Origin: Octopus bimaculoides
Lineage: Eukaryota
Reading direction: 5' to 3'
DNA length: 64,000 nucleotides
Assembly: GCF_001194135.2 (NCBI RefSeq)
Contig: NC_068981.1
Location: 95,326,501-95,390,500 of the forward strand
Part shown: positions 1 through 13,254 of the stretch, piece by piece
How positions within the stretch are numbered: the first letter of the stretch is position 1
Layout: each line of letters begins with the position of its first letter
Position numbers and translations under genes: made by a program
Notes under the pieces: model-generated
Told to the model about the DNA's origin: nothing
The model's input: only the letters and a program-made list of their open reading frames with translations
The model's database searches: none

Positions 1-2820
1 ATACTTTATTGTATCTACCTCGGAGGCACGAAAAAGTAAACGTAACCCTGGTGAAATTTGAGCATAGAATGTAAAGTAATTTTACTAAATATTGCAAATC
101 ACTTTTCCAGCGATCAATTGATTTTGCTAATTAGTATTTCATATGGAAAAAAAGATAAGTTTGTGTCATTTATGCTTTTCTTAAGCGCATTACCGATGTC
201 TGTAAAGTGAATTGGTTTCAGGTAGGTTTCGAAACAGTATGAATGACAGTCTCAGCTGAAAAGGAACTTAATCTTGCGCTGCAATTATGAGTTAATATAA
301 AATTACCCTCCCCAACCACAACCATTACCAAAAAAAAAAAAAAAAGAAAGAAAAAAGGTGAGGTGGGGTGGGGGAGAAAACGAATAAAAAATACAAAAGA
401 ACTTGAAAAAAAAAATGGCTCATGGAATTCTTAAAGTTAGTCAGAAACTGCAATGGCAAAAGTACTGAATATAGATGTTCATAGATAATAATATATTGTA
501 TGTAATATTGATCTTTAATTCGTGCAAGAACATCGCAAACTGGCGATGTTATCAATGGCTGTGATGATATCGATATAACATCAATTTCAATCCGTTCATT
601 TGGAGTAGCTTTAGAAAGTACATATATTGTAATATTTGTTCCAGTCACTTTCAAATTCATCAATCAATGCCATTCTTTGAAATCAACTATTTTTTCCATT
701 TAGTACCGTCTCTTGGTTTATTTGTTTTCTCTTACCATTATTGTTCATCGTTCTTCCAGATACAATCGATAAATCCAAATTAATTTCAGCAGATTTACAG
801 TTTGTTCTGGGGACGTACTGAACGGAAGAGTAATTTCCATTGGTAGATTTAAAGAAACCAAGAACAAACAGCAAAAAAAACAAAAAAAAACAGAAAAAAA
901 ATTCTTGTAGACAAGGTATATTTTGTAAAGGCTCAGTCTTTCGTTTTGACATTTAACACGCAAAGAGTAGGCGTGGCTGACTTTCGTGTTACTCATGCAT
1001 CCAACTATTTAGTTGTTTGATTTATGTAACTGGTGTTTATTTTCTAGCTTCGAGAAGGAAGAGAAGCTTACTCGATTAGTTAAGAATCCAATTTGAAGTT
1101 TTCTCATCCGTACTAAAATCTTCATAGAAATTAGACTTCTTCAAATGTGCTGTACCACCCCATGTCGTTTCCTTAACGTAATTTGTCAGTCTGAAAAATT
1201 GAACTGATAGTAACCTTTAGCATGTGGTGTTTATGTGTCTATGTATAACATGTTAAATTTGATTTACGCTACACAACCGGAGACATATCCTTCAAGATTA
1301 TAGAAAATATATAGTTAATCCTAGCTTCTTTTTCCGTCTTGAAACCTGATAATAATAATAGTAATAAAAAGAATAAGCTAGCAATCCTTTCAAAATCAGC
1401 CAAAAAAGGTTTTTTTAATAAAAGAAGTGGGGATGTTGTCAGGGGAGCATGGTGAAGGGTTTCAGTTAATTGATAGAGCGTACAGCAACAACAGCAAAAG
1501 AAACAGCAACCAAATAAAACGAGGTAACCTAAAAATAATCTGAAGTCGAGACTGAAAGCAGAAAAAGAAAAAAAATATAAAGACAACACAAAATAAAAAA
1601 TAACAATAATACATTACATAGTTTAATTTTTTTTTATTTTTTAGATTGACAATATTTGAGTATAACAGGAAATGTGGAAAATAGCATCAACTTTCTTCAG
1701 AAAAGCATGAAAACATAAAGAACACAACTGACCGCGAATAGTCGGAACCTTAAGGAGGTTAATGTTCGAAGGGTAGAGTCTGAAGGAGACAGTGTGTCGC
1801 CAGGATTGTTGATAGTAATCTTTATGATTCTAACAGAGATGCCACGGGAAAATAAATTAAGAAGAATGACGTGGATTTTATACACTCGTACATCACACAC
1901 GCGTAGTAGTTATATGCATGTATTTGCTCACTCATGTGTATGGGTGTGTGCATACATATACATAAATATGCAGACATACACGCATATAAATACATATGTG
2001 TGTGTATGTATATATATATGCATATATATATATATATGTAAGACACAAACATGATACATATATGCGTCCGTGTGCGCACAAATACAAACACATACTCAGA
2101 CATACACCATAAACTTAAAATAGACTCGTATATTCTATATAGTAAATAATTTAAAGTAATTAAGAGAACTGGAGTGAAGGGGCGTACAGGTGCTATGTAA
2201 TCAAAGTTGTAATTATAACAGCGAAAATTTAATTTACAACACATGAACAATCAAAGAAGACGCAAATTTGAAATTGGAAGAAATTGGAAAGTAGTATATT
2301 TTGGGTTTTCCTGAGACATTCTCGCTACCTATCGTATCTGAACTAGGGATTCGATTTTTTTCTCCAAATTTTCCGCTGCCTCATAAATAGTTAATGTAAA
2401 ACATAAGCTTACAAAGATTCTTCAGACAACATCTGAAAATGATTTACATGGGATTTACCAGATTAAAATCGTTTCCTCATTAGTTTCGCTATGATGTTTT
2501 TGGAGAAGATGGTGATAATATTGTTGTGTTTTGCTGGATTGAAGCGATAGAGGCTCCTGGTAATGATAAGTGACGATAATACTATTAGTGATAAAAACGG
2601 TTGACGATGGTGGCGATGATATTGATATCATCGATGATAACATTTATGATGATGAGAATGAAATATTTTTAATGTAAGACTACTATTCCGTCATCTAATC
2701 AAGGAGGTAAGTTAATCGTAAATGCTGCTTATGATACAGTTATAGTGTGTAACTGGCAGCTGCTACCCTATCTGTCCAATGGAAAGTGTTGTCTCTTAAT
2801 TACCAAAGACTATATTAGTC

Positions 2821-3089
2821 CAGGGGTTTTCAAACTTTTTGACTTGCAGACCCCTTTATATTTCAGGCTTTACCCCTTATAAACGCTTATGAAATTTATA
2901 CATAAATATTTGCTTAAAATAACATATATTTTTACATTTATTTATTTAACAGTATTTAACAAATAGGTTTATTGTCTATTAAAAGATTTTGATTAAAAAA
3001 CATATATAAAATCAAATTGCCCATAAAAAGTATTTGCTGTCCATGGACCCCCTGTCTTGTCCTTGCGGACCACAGTTTGAAAACCCCTG
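2821..3089. mobile_element. hAT (Charlie-like) MITE, 269 bp
   Basis: Perfect 16-bp TIRs CAGGGGTTTTCAAACT (2821-2836) and AGTTTGAAAACCCCTG (3074-3089), with a perfect 8-bp TSD TATTAGTC at 2813-2820 and 3090-3097. Confidence 0.92.
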
Positions 3090-3284
3090 TATTAGTCCAA
3101 TCCAAGCGCTATTAAGGTTTTTCGTTTACTTCGGATTCTAAAAGCCATCCTCTACTTTAGAATCACAATTTTCCAAATTCATCACAGATAATAGCGTAGT
3201 GGTAAATACATCGCCTGTAGTTTTGGAGGCTAGTAATTTCATTGCAAAGTAATTTTATTGCGAACTAATACTTCTTAATTTCTT

Positions 3285-3850
3285 TGACTTCACGTGGAGC
3301 ATAGGGCACCTACAAAAGATCTCCAACTGTCTGAATCTTTGGAAATGAATTACAGTTGTCTCCAAGTGTAGTCGCCTGCCAGTGCTTCAGTTTCTGCGGA
3401 CCATCTCTGTTGCTTTTGGTCTGTCATGCTTCCACCTCTCTTGCGGTGTCTATCATTGAGTTTGCCTTATAATGTTGGAAGCAGGTTTCTGTAGGGTGTG
3501 TCCCAGTCAATCCATTGTCTCCCATTGAGCCTGGGTTTCAATAAATTGCTTGTTCAACTGTTGCCATAAAGGTTTTGTTTGAGAATCTGTCTCGCAATCC
3601 CAAAGGATGTTTCGCGGACATCTATTCCCAAACGCTTGTAGCTTGTCGATAGAGAACTTTGTACCTCACCAAATTTCACACAAGTACTGCAGAATCAGTT
3701 TCACGTTCTTGTTAAAGTTTCTGAATTTTGTGTTTTTTTGACAATGTCTCCAGCTTGGTACGAGCATCCAGAACGCAGCTGTAGCTTACCAAATCTTTGA
3801 CTTTTATATTCTGATCTGTTACAACGTGCTAGGCCTCTGCGAACTGATAC
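3285..3850 (-). mobile_element. Degenerate 3' end of an RTE-clade LINE
   Basis: Broken minus-strand translation gives FNKNVKLILQYLCEIW, KLQAFGNRCPRNIL, GHTLQKPASNIIRQ and RSFVGALCST, matching the RTE C-terminal pattern (FNxNVKxVLLYGxETW...WIGHTLRK). Stops and frameshifts are present. Confidence 0.7.
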
Positions 3851-4954
3851 ATCGTCGGTAAATTTATTATTGATTTTTATTCACAGCAAAAATACATTGC
3901 ATTTAACTAACGATGGAAAATAAATTCAATGGCCAAAAAAGTATCAACATTCACATTTCTTTGCCTTCTCTTCTCCCTCCACTTTTCACTTCACTGTGTC
4001 CCTGTCATTTTTTCTCGCCCCTCCCTAATTCTTTTGTCCCTCTGTCTCTACTTCTCTCTCTTCTCTTCCCACGTGACCGGTGTTCGGCCAAGCCTGACCT
4101 TTCTTTCTTGGGCGGCTGTTGTGCGTGCGACATCGTTATTTCTCCCTGTGCCTGTGAAATCTTGTATCCCGGCTGTAAGGCCTTATTTCCATATACACCA
4201 GCTTAATTTTATTCGTCCTTAGTCGAAAGACATCTGTTGCTATGCCTCGTTATTATTCCTACTGTATTTGTGTAACGTTCGCTTTTTCCGTCCTTGTTTT
4301 TGTATACATTCGCTGCTTTCTTCCAAGGAATCTAATGCTCTGAGCTTAGTTTTTCCTTGGAGCTGGCCAGATTGGAGCAATATCGAGAATAACCAGCCGA
4401 AATTGCAAGGATAATCTGGATCTCGACTGAAGAGAGAAAACTCCGAATGACCTGTTCGTGTTTTCTTTGTTATCGTCTATTTGGATGTTTTGTCCATTTC
4501 TTGTGTCACCTAACTGTCTGGATGTTTTGTGTTCTTGTCCCATTCTGTATTATATAGAAGCACCTTCGTTGGTCTTGCTTGAAGTGACGATTTGTGCTAG
4601 CAACAATAATTCGGTTACAGCTATCATTCAGAGGTAAGCTCATCCAATCACTCTACTAACCAAGCGTGCAAACCACTGTTTTTACTATCTCGCAGTTTCT
4701 CTTGTATTAAACGGAATAGATGTAACCGTATTACTTCTGCCACGCGTTGCGATCGAATGATGGTAGTATCAGAAATTGAAAAGTCGGTGGAAGTATAGTT
4801 TGCGTTTCCTTCCCTTTTTTTACTTTTTCTTTTTTTGGATCGATCGGAATATTGGCAACGATGTTATTTTATTACAGTATCTATATGACCTTGTGTCGTT
4901 TTTGAACAACGCCGGAATTGCATTGTATTTATGTGTCTGTGTTTGTTCCCCCGC

Positions 4955-5105
4955 CATCGTTTGACAACCGATGTTAGTGTGTTTATGTACTAGGCTTACA
5001 AAGAATAAATCCTGGGGTTGATTTCTTCGACTAAAACTCCTTTAGGGTGGTGCTCTAGCATGGCCGCAGTCAAATGACTGAAACAAGTAAAAGAGTAAAA
5101 GAATA
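4955..5105 (+). mobile_element. SINE family B 3' half
   Basis: catcgtttgacaaccg...gcatggccgcagtcaaatgactgaaacaagtaaaagagtaaaagaata. Confidence 0.75.
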
Positions 5106-5140
5106 AAAGAATATTATTAAGCAATATTTTACATTGTATT

Positions 5141-5361
5141 AGGCGGTGAGCAGGCAGAATAGCGAGCCCGCCGGACAAAATGATAGGCGGCATTTCGCCC
5201 GTCATTACACTCTGAGTTCAAATTCCACCGAGGACGACTTTGCCTTTTATCCTTCCGGGAATCGATAAAATAAGTACCAGTGGAACACTGGGGTCGACTT
5301 AATCAACTTACCCACCTACTCCGATCTTGCTGGCCTTGTGCCAAAATTTGAAACCAATATT
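5141..5361 (+). mobile_element. SINE family A
   Basis: Same head, B-box and body as 16768-17001; ends ggccttgtgccaaaatttgaaacc. Confidence 0.8.
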
Positions 5362-5509
5362 TAGTCTTATATTTCATTAAGCAATATATATGAGATAACT
5401 ATTGATTTTTTTTTTTATTGTCTATTTCCGTTATAGGGATTTGATTTACTGGAGCAGAACAAATGTCATCTCATTGTCTTTATTTTATGGTATGAAAACG
5501 TAGACTGAG

Positions 5510-5850
5510 ACTGCAGTGTTGCCTTTTACCGTCCACTTGTTTCTGCCATCAAACTGCAGCTGTGCTGGGACACCGCCTCGAACGGTTTAGTTGAAAAAAA
5601 ATCGACCCAATTATTTTTTAAGTCCGGTACTTATTTTATTAATTTCTTTTGCCGAACCGTTAAGTTACAAGCGATGTAAATAAATCAACACTGGTTATCA
5701 AGCGGGAAATGGGGGACAAACGAAACACACAAACACACGCGTTAACATGCATATATATATATATATATATGCATATCCGACAAGCTTCCACACAGTTTCC
5801 GCTTATCAAATTCACTCACAAGGCATTGGTCGTCTCGACGCTATAGTAAG
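5510..5850 (-). mobile_element. SINE family B (diverged)
   Basis: gctgggacaccgcc...gaaccgttaagttac...ctcacaaggcattggtc. Confidence 0.65.
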
Positions 5851-5861
5851 AAAATAAAATT

Positions 5862-6011
5862 AATTTCGAGTGTCAGATTAAGAAGTATGACTTAGTGCCG
5901 TTACTGGAAAAAGAAATTTGCGCTAAATTTATGTGAATTTCGAGTGTCACAGATTAAGAAGTATGACTTAGTGCCGTTACTGGAAAAAGAAATTTGCGCT
6001 AAATTTTTGTG
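5862..6011 (+). repeat. Tandem duplication of about 74-76 bp
   Basis: aatttcgagtgtcagattaagaagtatgacttagtgccgttactggaaaaagaaatttgcgctaaattt(a/t)tgtg occurs twice; the second copy has a 2-bp CA insertion. Confidence 0.92.
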
Positions 6012-8144
6012 AATATGTTTGTATCTAGTCTTAGATTGTCAACATAGTATAGTTAGTGTTTTCTTATGGTGGTGAAGTAGAATTTGATACTATATTAACA
6101 TTAGTTATATTCTCCGACCCACGTGAAAGGAAAACACTTAACAAAGTATTAAACTTGATTCTTCTCACAGATGTAGTCTAATGTGTTCCCCGCTAAATTT
6201 CATGAATACCCGCTTGAAGAAGAATATTTTGTTGATAGGAGGAAAAATACTTATATCAGATTTGCAATGAGTTAGATTACAATAATAAAAAAAGAAGTTG
6301 CTATTTTCTACTTATGCTATGGTGGTCTGAAGTGTACTGTAAAAATGTACTTCCTTTGTTTGGTAAAGTACAATGTATCATAAAAAATTGAAATACCACA
6401 CATTAAGAATTACTGTATGTCTACACGTGTTACAATTCACATTAGTGGGTTGTTTTGAACCAACGCCTCTTTAATTTTACAAAGATTCTGTTTCATATTT
6501 CCTATTTATAAAGCCGTTTTATTGAGGAAAGCCGCAGTTGACAATTCATATCATATCACCAGCACTGCACTGTGTTTATAGGCAAGACAACCGATCGCAC
6601 ACCAGTCTATTTCATTGGAAGTTAAGCCCCGTAGTGTTGACGCTGTAATAAACTGAAACAATATGATAAAATTTTAAATAGTTTCATTTGCTGAATGATA
6701 CGCCTGCTGTTTGTATACCTTGGAATAGGACGACCCCTACCAAATTGACTAAGCCCGGTGATTCTTAAAATGGACATAAACGACCCCACCAAAATAGGAG
6801 TAGATTCTTTTTACTTCTCTTCACCTTTATTAATGTGAAAACAAAATAATTTGCTCTTGTTTTATGTCCATTGTCTTGAAATCTTTCGTCACACACCTGT
6901 GACCTTTTCAGCGACTCTCCATCCCACGTCTCTTCTCCTGAAGAGGTCACAGGTGTGTGACTAAAATGTTTAAAACTATCTCTTCTTATTAAACATGGCA
7001 ATTCGTTCGATCCACCTTCATTCCAACCCTTATAGTCCCACCCTATAAAAATTACTGACTTAGATTAGCTATTCTAAAGAAAGATCATAACTAACACTCC
7101 TAAGGCTATCACTCTTAACCAAAGGTTAAGCTCTCTTTTGAGTTCTGATTCGAGTCCCCCTTTGCCTTCGTTGCTCGTTTCCTCATTTCTCATCCATTAT
7201 AAATATGGATAATTATCTGAGAAAAAAACAAACTGTTTTTGACTACTTCTCATACAAAATGGCATCCTTTTTCAGTAAATATAAATAATGTTTTAACTAG
7301 TAAAAATAACCTAGAATTGAATAGATTTCCCATTTAAATACAATATAGGAAGAGGGAAGGAAACAGTTTGACTTCAAAAGCTAAATGTTACAATTTAGGA
7401 ATTGTACAGCAAACAATGTGAGTAGAATAGAATCGAGATGATCGAAATGTTTACCGGCAACTCTCCTTTTTTTCAACGTTGTTTCCTCATATCACATAAC
7501 TGCCAGGAGCTCCAGCGCTTTTGTAAATATTCCAGGGTCTTTATGTTACCAAGGAAAAGTAACATCCTTCTACAAAAATTACTGTTGCTCATTCATCGAC
7601 AACATAGCCCGAAGTAATAGTTTATTCGTTAACTTTTTAATGATCTTGAATTAGAAACGTACTGTTGATTCTTTTGGACTTAGTTTAAAGCCAGTTATTC
7701 AGAGATGTGTAGTCACTTGATGTGACTACACAGAGATGTGTAATCACACATTCAGGTGACTTGTAGTCACCTGAATGAGTAAATTAAGTATATAAGGGAG
7801 TTCTACGTAGTCGTTCGATATGCTTCGAAAAAGCAACCATATCTATAAAATCTCACCTGCATTAAAAAAGGGGCACATTTAATTATGCAGTGCATTTAGA
7901 AATAAAGACATAATGGTCACATTCGGAGCGCCTTAGATCATAGGTCTGATCAAAAAGGGCTCTTATAGGGCTATGTAACAACAAACTCAACAGCAACTTT
8001 AGTTATTAGACCCAATGTAGTAAATAAAAGAACAAAAAAAAAAAACTCGCTGTTAACTCACCCAGATTTGGAAATCATAACTGATTTAACAGTTACGATT
8101 CATGCTTGAAGCTAATTTATTCTGGTCACCTAAATCATTTAGTT

Positions 8145-9005
8145 GTTTCAGTCATCAGGAAGCGGCCATACTGGGGCACCACCTTGAAGAATTTCTTGTC
8201 AAATGAATCGATCCTAGTACTTATTTATTTTGTTCAAGCCTGGTATTTATATTATCGTTCTCTTTTGCTGAACCGCTAAGCCACGGCGACGTAAACACAC
8301 CAACTCTAGTTGTCAAGCAGTGTGGTGTAAATCCCCAAAGTGTTACAAGAACGCAACAGTCGACAATAAAACATCCGGACAGATAGACGATACAAAGACG
8401 GACAGGGAAAATAACAAAAAGACGTACCTATCTAACAAAAACGACAAAAGGAAGCTCCTATCTAAAGGAATTGTTTGCCTATCTTCGATGATACTTGCAA
8501 TCCAAAAATTGGGTTATACCATAAGACCTCGGAATTTTTTTTCCTTGGTTCCTTTGACCCATTTTGTGTGTTGTTGGCATCTTGTGCCTCGTTTTTACTA
8601 TTACTGTTATTCATTTGGGTTTTGTTTATTTTTTTCCTATCTTTCCATTCCGTTTTGTGTTTTTGTGTTTTTATTGTTATGTGTTTGTTGTTGTTTTTCA
8701 TATTGTGTGTGTTTTCTACGTTAGATGCGTGGGTATTAGTATTATTTAGGGTTTCGCCAGGTTTGAACTTGATTTTTTCCTTATACCCGGCCCTAGCTAG
8801 TGCTTCATTGTAGTAAGGTGCATGTATGTTGAATATTGTCTCGTTGGCTGACAGGCGTGATATATACGACGGGCTTCTTTCACTTTCCGCCTTCCAAATC
8901 TACTCACAAGGCTTTGGTCAACCCGAGGCTATATTAGAAGACACTCGACCAAGGTGTCATGCAGTAGGACTGAACTCGGACCCTTCTTATCACACAACCA
9001 CGCCT
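8145..9005 (-). mobile_element. SINE family B split by a ~540-bp unrelated insert
   Basis: Tail half at 8145-8322 and head half at 8865-9005, with non-SINE sequence between them where (CA)n normally sits. Confidence 0.65.
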
Positions 9006-9579
9006 GAACTGTATATTTTCACCGCTCAAAACCTCGATTGATTTCTGATATGTAAGCTTTCACTTTCGATTATCCTGAAGCAATTTCCACTTCCATTAGA
9101 GTGTTAATGCTTTAAAGAACGATATAGCTGTCATAACTTTCAGAAGAAGGTTCAAATACCATCGAATAGGGCTCGAATTAATTCACAACTCAGTTTTGAG
9201 AAAGCTCCACAAAACGTTTATTTCTTTATTTTTAATAAATTAACGACAAATTCTTTTGTCTGAAACCAATATACAGAGTCGCAATTCTTAATCTAGGGAA
9301 AATTGTCCTCATATCCGGGTAAGCTTTCAAGATTGCAGAGAGAAATATAGGAATATTATCTTTAGGTTGGAAAGATCTTTATCGTTATTCGCACTATTAT
9401 TTTCCTGAATTAAATGAGTTCAAATTCCGCCGAGGTCGACTTTGCCTTTAATCCTTCGGAGTCGTTAGAATAAGTACCAGTTGACCTCTGGATTCGATGT
9501 AATCGTCAAGCTCCTTCCCTACAAAATTTCAGGTTTTTTGACTATAGTAGAAAGGATTATTTCCTTAGATTGCGGTTTC

Positions 9580-9790
9580 GAGCTGGGAGAATTGTAAGCA
9601 CACCGGACAAAATACTTCGTGGCATTTTATCAGTCTTTGTATTTTGAATTCAAACTCTGTCGAGGCCGACCTGTGCGTTTTGTCCTTTTGGGGTTGATAA
9701 TTTAAGTACCTGTCAAGCACTGGGGTCGATGTAATCGACTAAATCCCGACCCCGTCAAATTTCAGGCCTTGTGCCTTCAGCAGAAAGAAC
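9580..9790 (+). mobile_element. SINE family A (diverged; a partial copy is also at 9412-9500)
   Basis: Recognisable B-box and ggggtcgatgtaatcgact body. Confidence 0.7.
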
Positions 9791-12700
9791 TATTTTCCTA
9801 CATTTATTTTTCTCAATACTGAATTTGGTGGAAAATTGGCGGAGTCATTAGTCGTTGGATAGAATACCTTGCGATATGTGTTCCGACTCTCGGTGTTCTG
9901 AGTTAAAATGCTGCTGGGTCAACCGTACCTTCAGTTCTTTGAAAGTTGATAAAAAAAAAGGGTATTAACCCAAGGTGGTTGATTGACAAAACTGTTAGAG
10001 AATCTGGCCAGGTGCCTTGCGATATCTGTTCCACTCTTGGGGCTGTGATAGCAACGCCTTCAACGATACTGGTGCAAGCTGTATTAGCGTAAGTTGTCCG
10101 CCTTTCTTTTGGAGAAACACCGGTTGCATGGAGGAGGGGAGACTTCTATACTGGAGATAGCTACTAATTTTCCTTTAAGAAAATGTTGCTCATGTCTGCA
10201 CACATATGTGCAAATATATGATCAACTTGATCGACAGAGGCCCTAAAATATTGATTTTAAGAATGTTAACGTTTAATTAATACGAGGTCAATCTTCCTAA
10301 CCAAATATTAGGCAATAAAATGGGCTGTAGACCAAACTACATTTTTCTCATCATATATGGGAGGGAAATCTTGATAGCGAACTGGTAAACAGGGGAGGGA
10401 AGTACTGAAAAAGTTTAAGACATTCTGGTAAGGATGGAATCTCTATGTGGTCACTCGAACTATTAGAAATAACAGCCAAATCGTCTTCAAATTGCATTCT
10501 GATTTCTTTAAAAAAAAGGACACATTAGATAATGTAGTCTACTATTGGTAAAATACAAACATTACGACCAGAAAGTCTTTGATCTTAGCGCTGACTTGGG
10601 GCTAAACAACAAACAATCAATATTCTTACAAATTTAAATTTAAATTAGAATAATTTTAAAAAGTTGAATCTGCTGAAATTCAGATTTGATTGTTTTGGGA
10701 GATAGCTTATTATTATTAGCACTGTTGCCACACAAATGAGTAGACACTGAATTAGCTTAATTTGCATTTAGATTATAAGGCTATTAATTTCCTTCAGTTT
10801 TTTTCTGTTTAATTTAATCTTTAATTAGGTCTCATATGGTAAAAATATTTATTCCTGCTAGAATATGAAAAGTACGTCACAAGTGAGAGGCGTCAATGTT
10901 CCTAACCAAATATTTTGGATAATTAGACTGAAAAATAATTAGGCAAGGTTAGCGAGGGATCAAAGAGACCCATGGCAAATTTTGAATCTTCCGTGTGTAA
11001 TTTTCCAGGTGAAAAGGCATTTTCCTTATGCTCTTATAAGTAGCTTTGTGTTAAGTTTACAATAGTTCATCCTAAAGCTATCAGTCTGATAGTTGTTAGT
11101 AGTAGAGATGAGTAATTCATCATGGAGGTTTTGATGTCTAGGAGAAAGAAAGAAAAAAGCAGGAGGTTGTTAAATAATTTCAGCTGTTCATAAACTGCGA
11201 AAAAAATATTTTAAATAACAACAGGTAAAATGGAAACAGGCCGTATTTTTTTTAACGTTGACAACATAAGTTACACTGGATCATCTTCAAAGAACATCCA
11301 AGCTTTATTTGATTGTCTACAGCAATTGTAACAAGTACATTTCTCCATAAGAACGCCTTCAGTTACGCTCCGCTGGCTATAATATTTCAGTAACATTAAA
11401 AAACAAAAGCAAACAAACAAAAAAGGTCATGGGTATTGTGAGTACGCACTTTGGATGCTTGTCTATAGGAATTATTCTGTAGAAATTACAACAGCACCAG
11501 ATCATTATTACCTAGACAGAGCTCGAAGAGACAATAAAACGCAATTCACATTGAACACGGGACTTACAAACATGCGTGGGATGGAACAAAGAAGTTATAT
11601 AAAGGCGAGAGCAGCGGTGAACGACATAATAGAATTAAAGTGGGGAGAAGCTTAAAACATTACAAAAGCATTCGAGTAATTACACTGTTTAAACAAAATA
11701 AAACATTAAAAACATATAGGATTCTCACCCGCACACGGACGAGAAACCACTGGCTAGGTCGAGTTGGAGCATCCTATGTCTCTATCCACCCGTTTTTATT
11801 TATATTACAACCCAAAGGTAACCATTAGCATTTTCTGAGTCTTCAAAACATGTCTGTTTCAGTTAATTATAAGTATCTTTTGTTTTTATCAACAAACTGT
11901 CCTTTGAGTATCTCTTATATTCCAACCCCAATTGCATCTCCGTATTCAGTACATCCTCATTATATTCGTTGCAACGCAAATGTAATAGTTTCTATTAGAT
12001 CTTCAAAGGTTGGGGAAATGCAATTTGTTATTCTGAGGAGAGGCATTATTGTCATTCCGAGAAGCATCAATGCTGGTTTGAGGAAAAGTTCTAGCCCATT
12101 TGTGTTTTCTGTTGGTCTCGTTATTCTTTTTGTAATCTTTTACCTGTTGTTTTTTGCATTCTCCCTAAATATTTGGCAAACTTCCCTTGCAATCACTATA
12201 TTTCCCTCATCATGAAAAATGGTTTGGTACGACTGGTTGCTATCGTCAAGGAAATGGTGCCTGATTACTCATTCTAAGCGTTTCTAAGTGACCATTTTCA
12301 CCATTTCTGGAGCAGTGAGTTATGGTCCTATGGAAATTGGGGCCTGGTGATCGTATTCCTGCTCTGGTTGCTGTCAGCCGCTTCTTTCTTTCCTCTGGTT
12401 TTCTAGTTTTCCAGTTCTTCAGTAGAAGCCCTCAATAGGTTAGAGATTTTCGTCTCTATCATCAGCCTCATGCCCTTTGTTTTGGTGTCTTCAACTTGGC
12501 ATAGCTCCGGTATGGCCTCGTGGATTTCGGGGGTCATTGGAGCTTGCAAATCTCTCCTCATTCTTCCTGACCTCGTGTTACCTTTTGTCACTTCTGCTCT
12601 AACCACTCCCCATACAACGGCACAAAGGTGACGACCAGCTATTGGTTCACATGTATTCTAATGTTCCTGTTCGTGATCCTTATCCAAACACTAGAGAACA

Positions 12701-13254
12701 TTAGTATGGTGTGGAGGTGTGTTTGATTATTTCATCCTGTACTTTGACTGCGTTGTCGATCCGAAGATGCATCCCGTATGCCTTACCCCACTCAATCGGG
12801 AGAATACCTTCTGATATTTCGTGAAGTATTTCCTTCTGCTGCTGTTTTGACGTCAGATGGAAATCAACACTATCGGTCTTAATATCAGTCATTCTCTTCT
12901 TTCTTTACTTGGATTAGATCCTGGAGCAAATAGAATTTTTTGTTTGCTTCTTGTTTGTCTAATGTGTTACTTTGCTTAATTTCCGATTTCATTTTGGGGC
13001 GTGGCTCGAAATGTTCGAAGCCATGTTTTTGTATGTGGGCTACTCGAAGAAAAAAAAAGAACTTTGTCCACAAAATAAAATCACAAGCCATATTTTTCAT
13101 TTTGTCAACTCTGTCGGAGTCGACGCTAAGCTTTCGGGAACTATCTATATGGGAATAGTTTTAGTAAAACTCTTTTTCGCTTAGTAAAATCCTTTGCATC
13201 GCAGAGCGGTTTGAAAAAAACATGTCCGACTAGGTCAGCGCTGAAAAGATAATA

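Noticed and set aside
4421-4455. CTGAAGA-GAG-AAAA-CTC-CGAAT hammerhead-like string
   Set aside because: Stem II is out of register, GAAA is incomplete, and no cleavage triplet or stem I can be placed.
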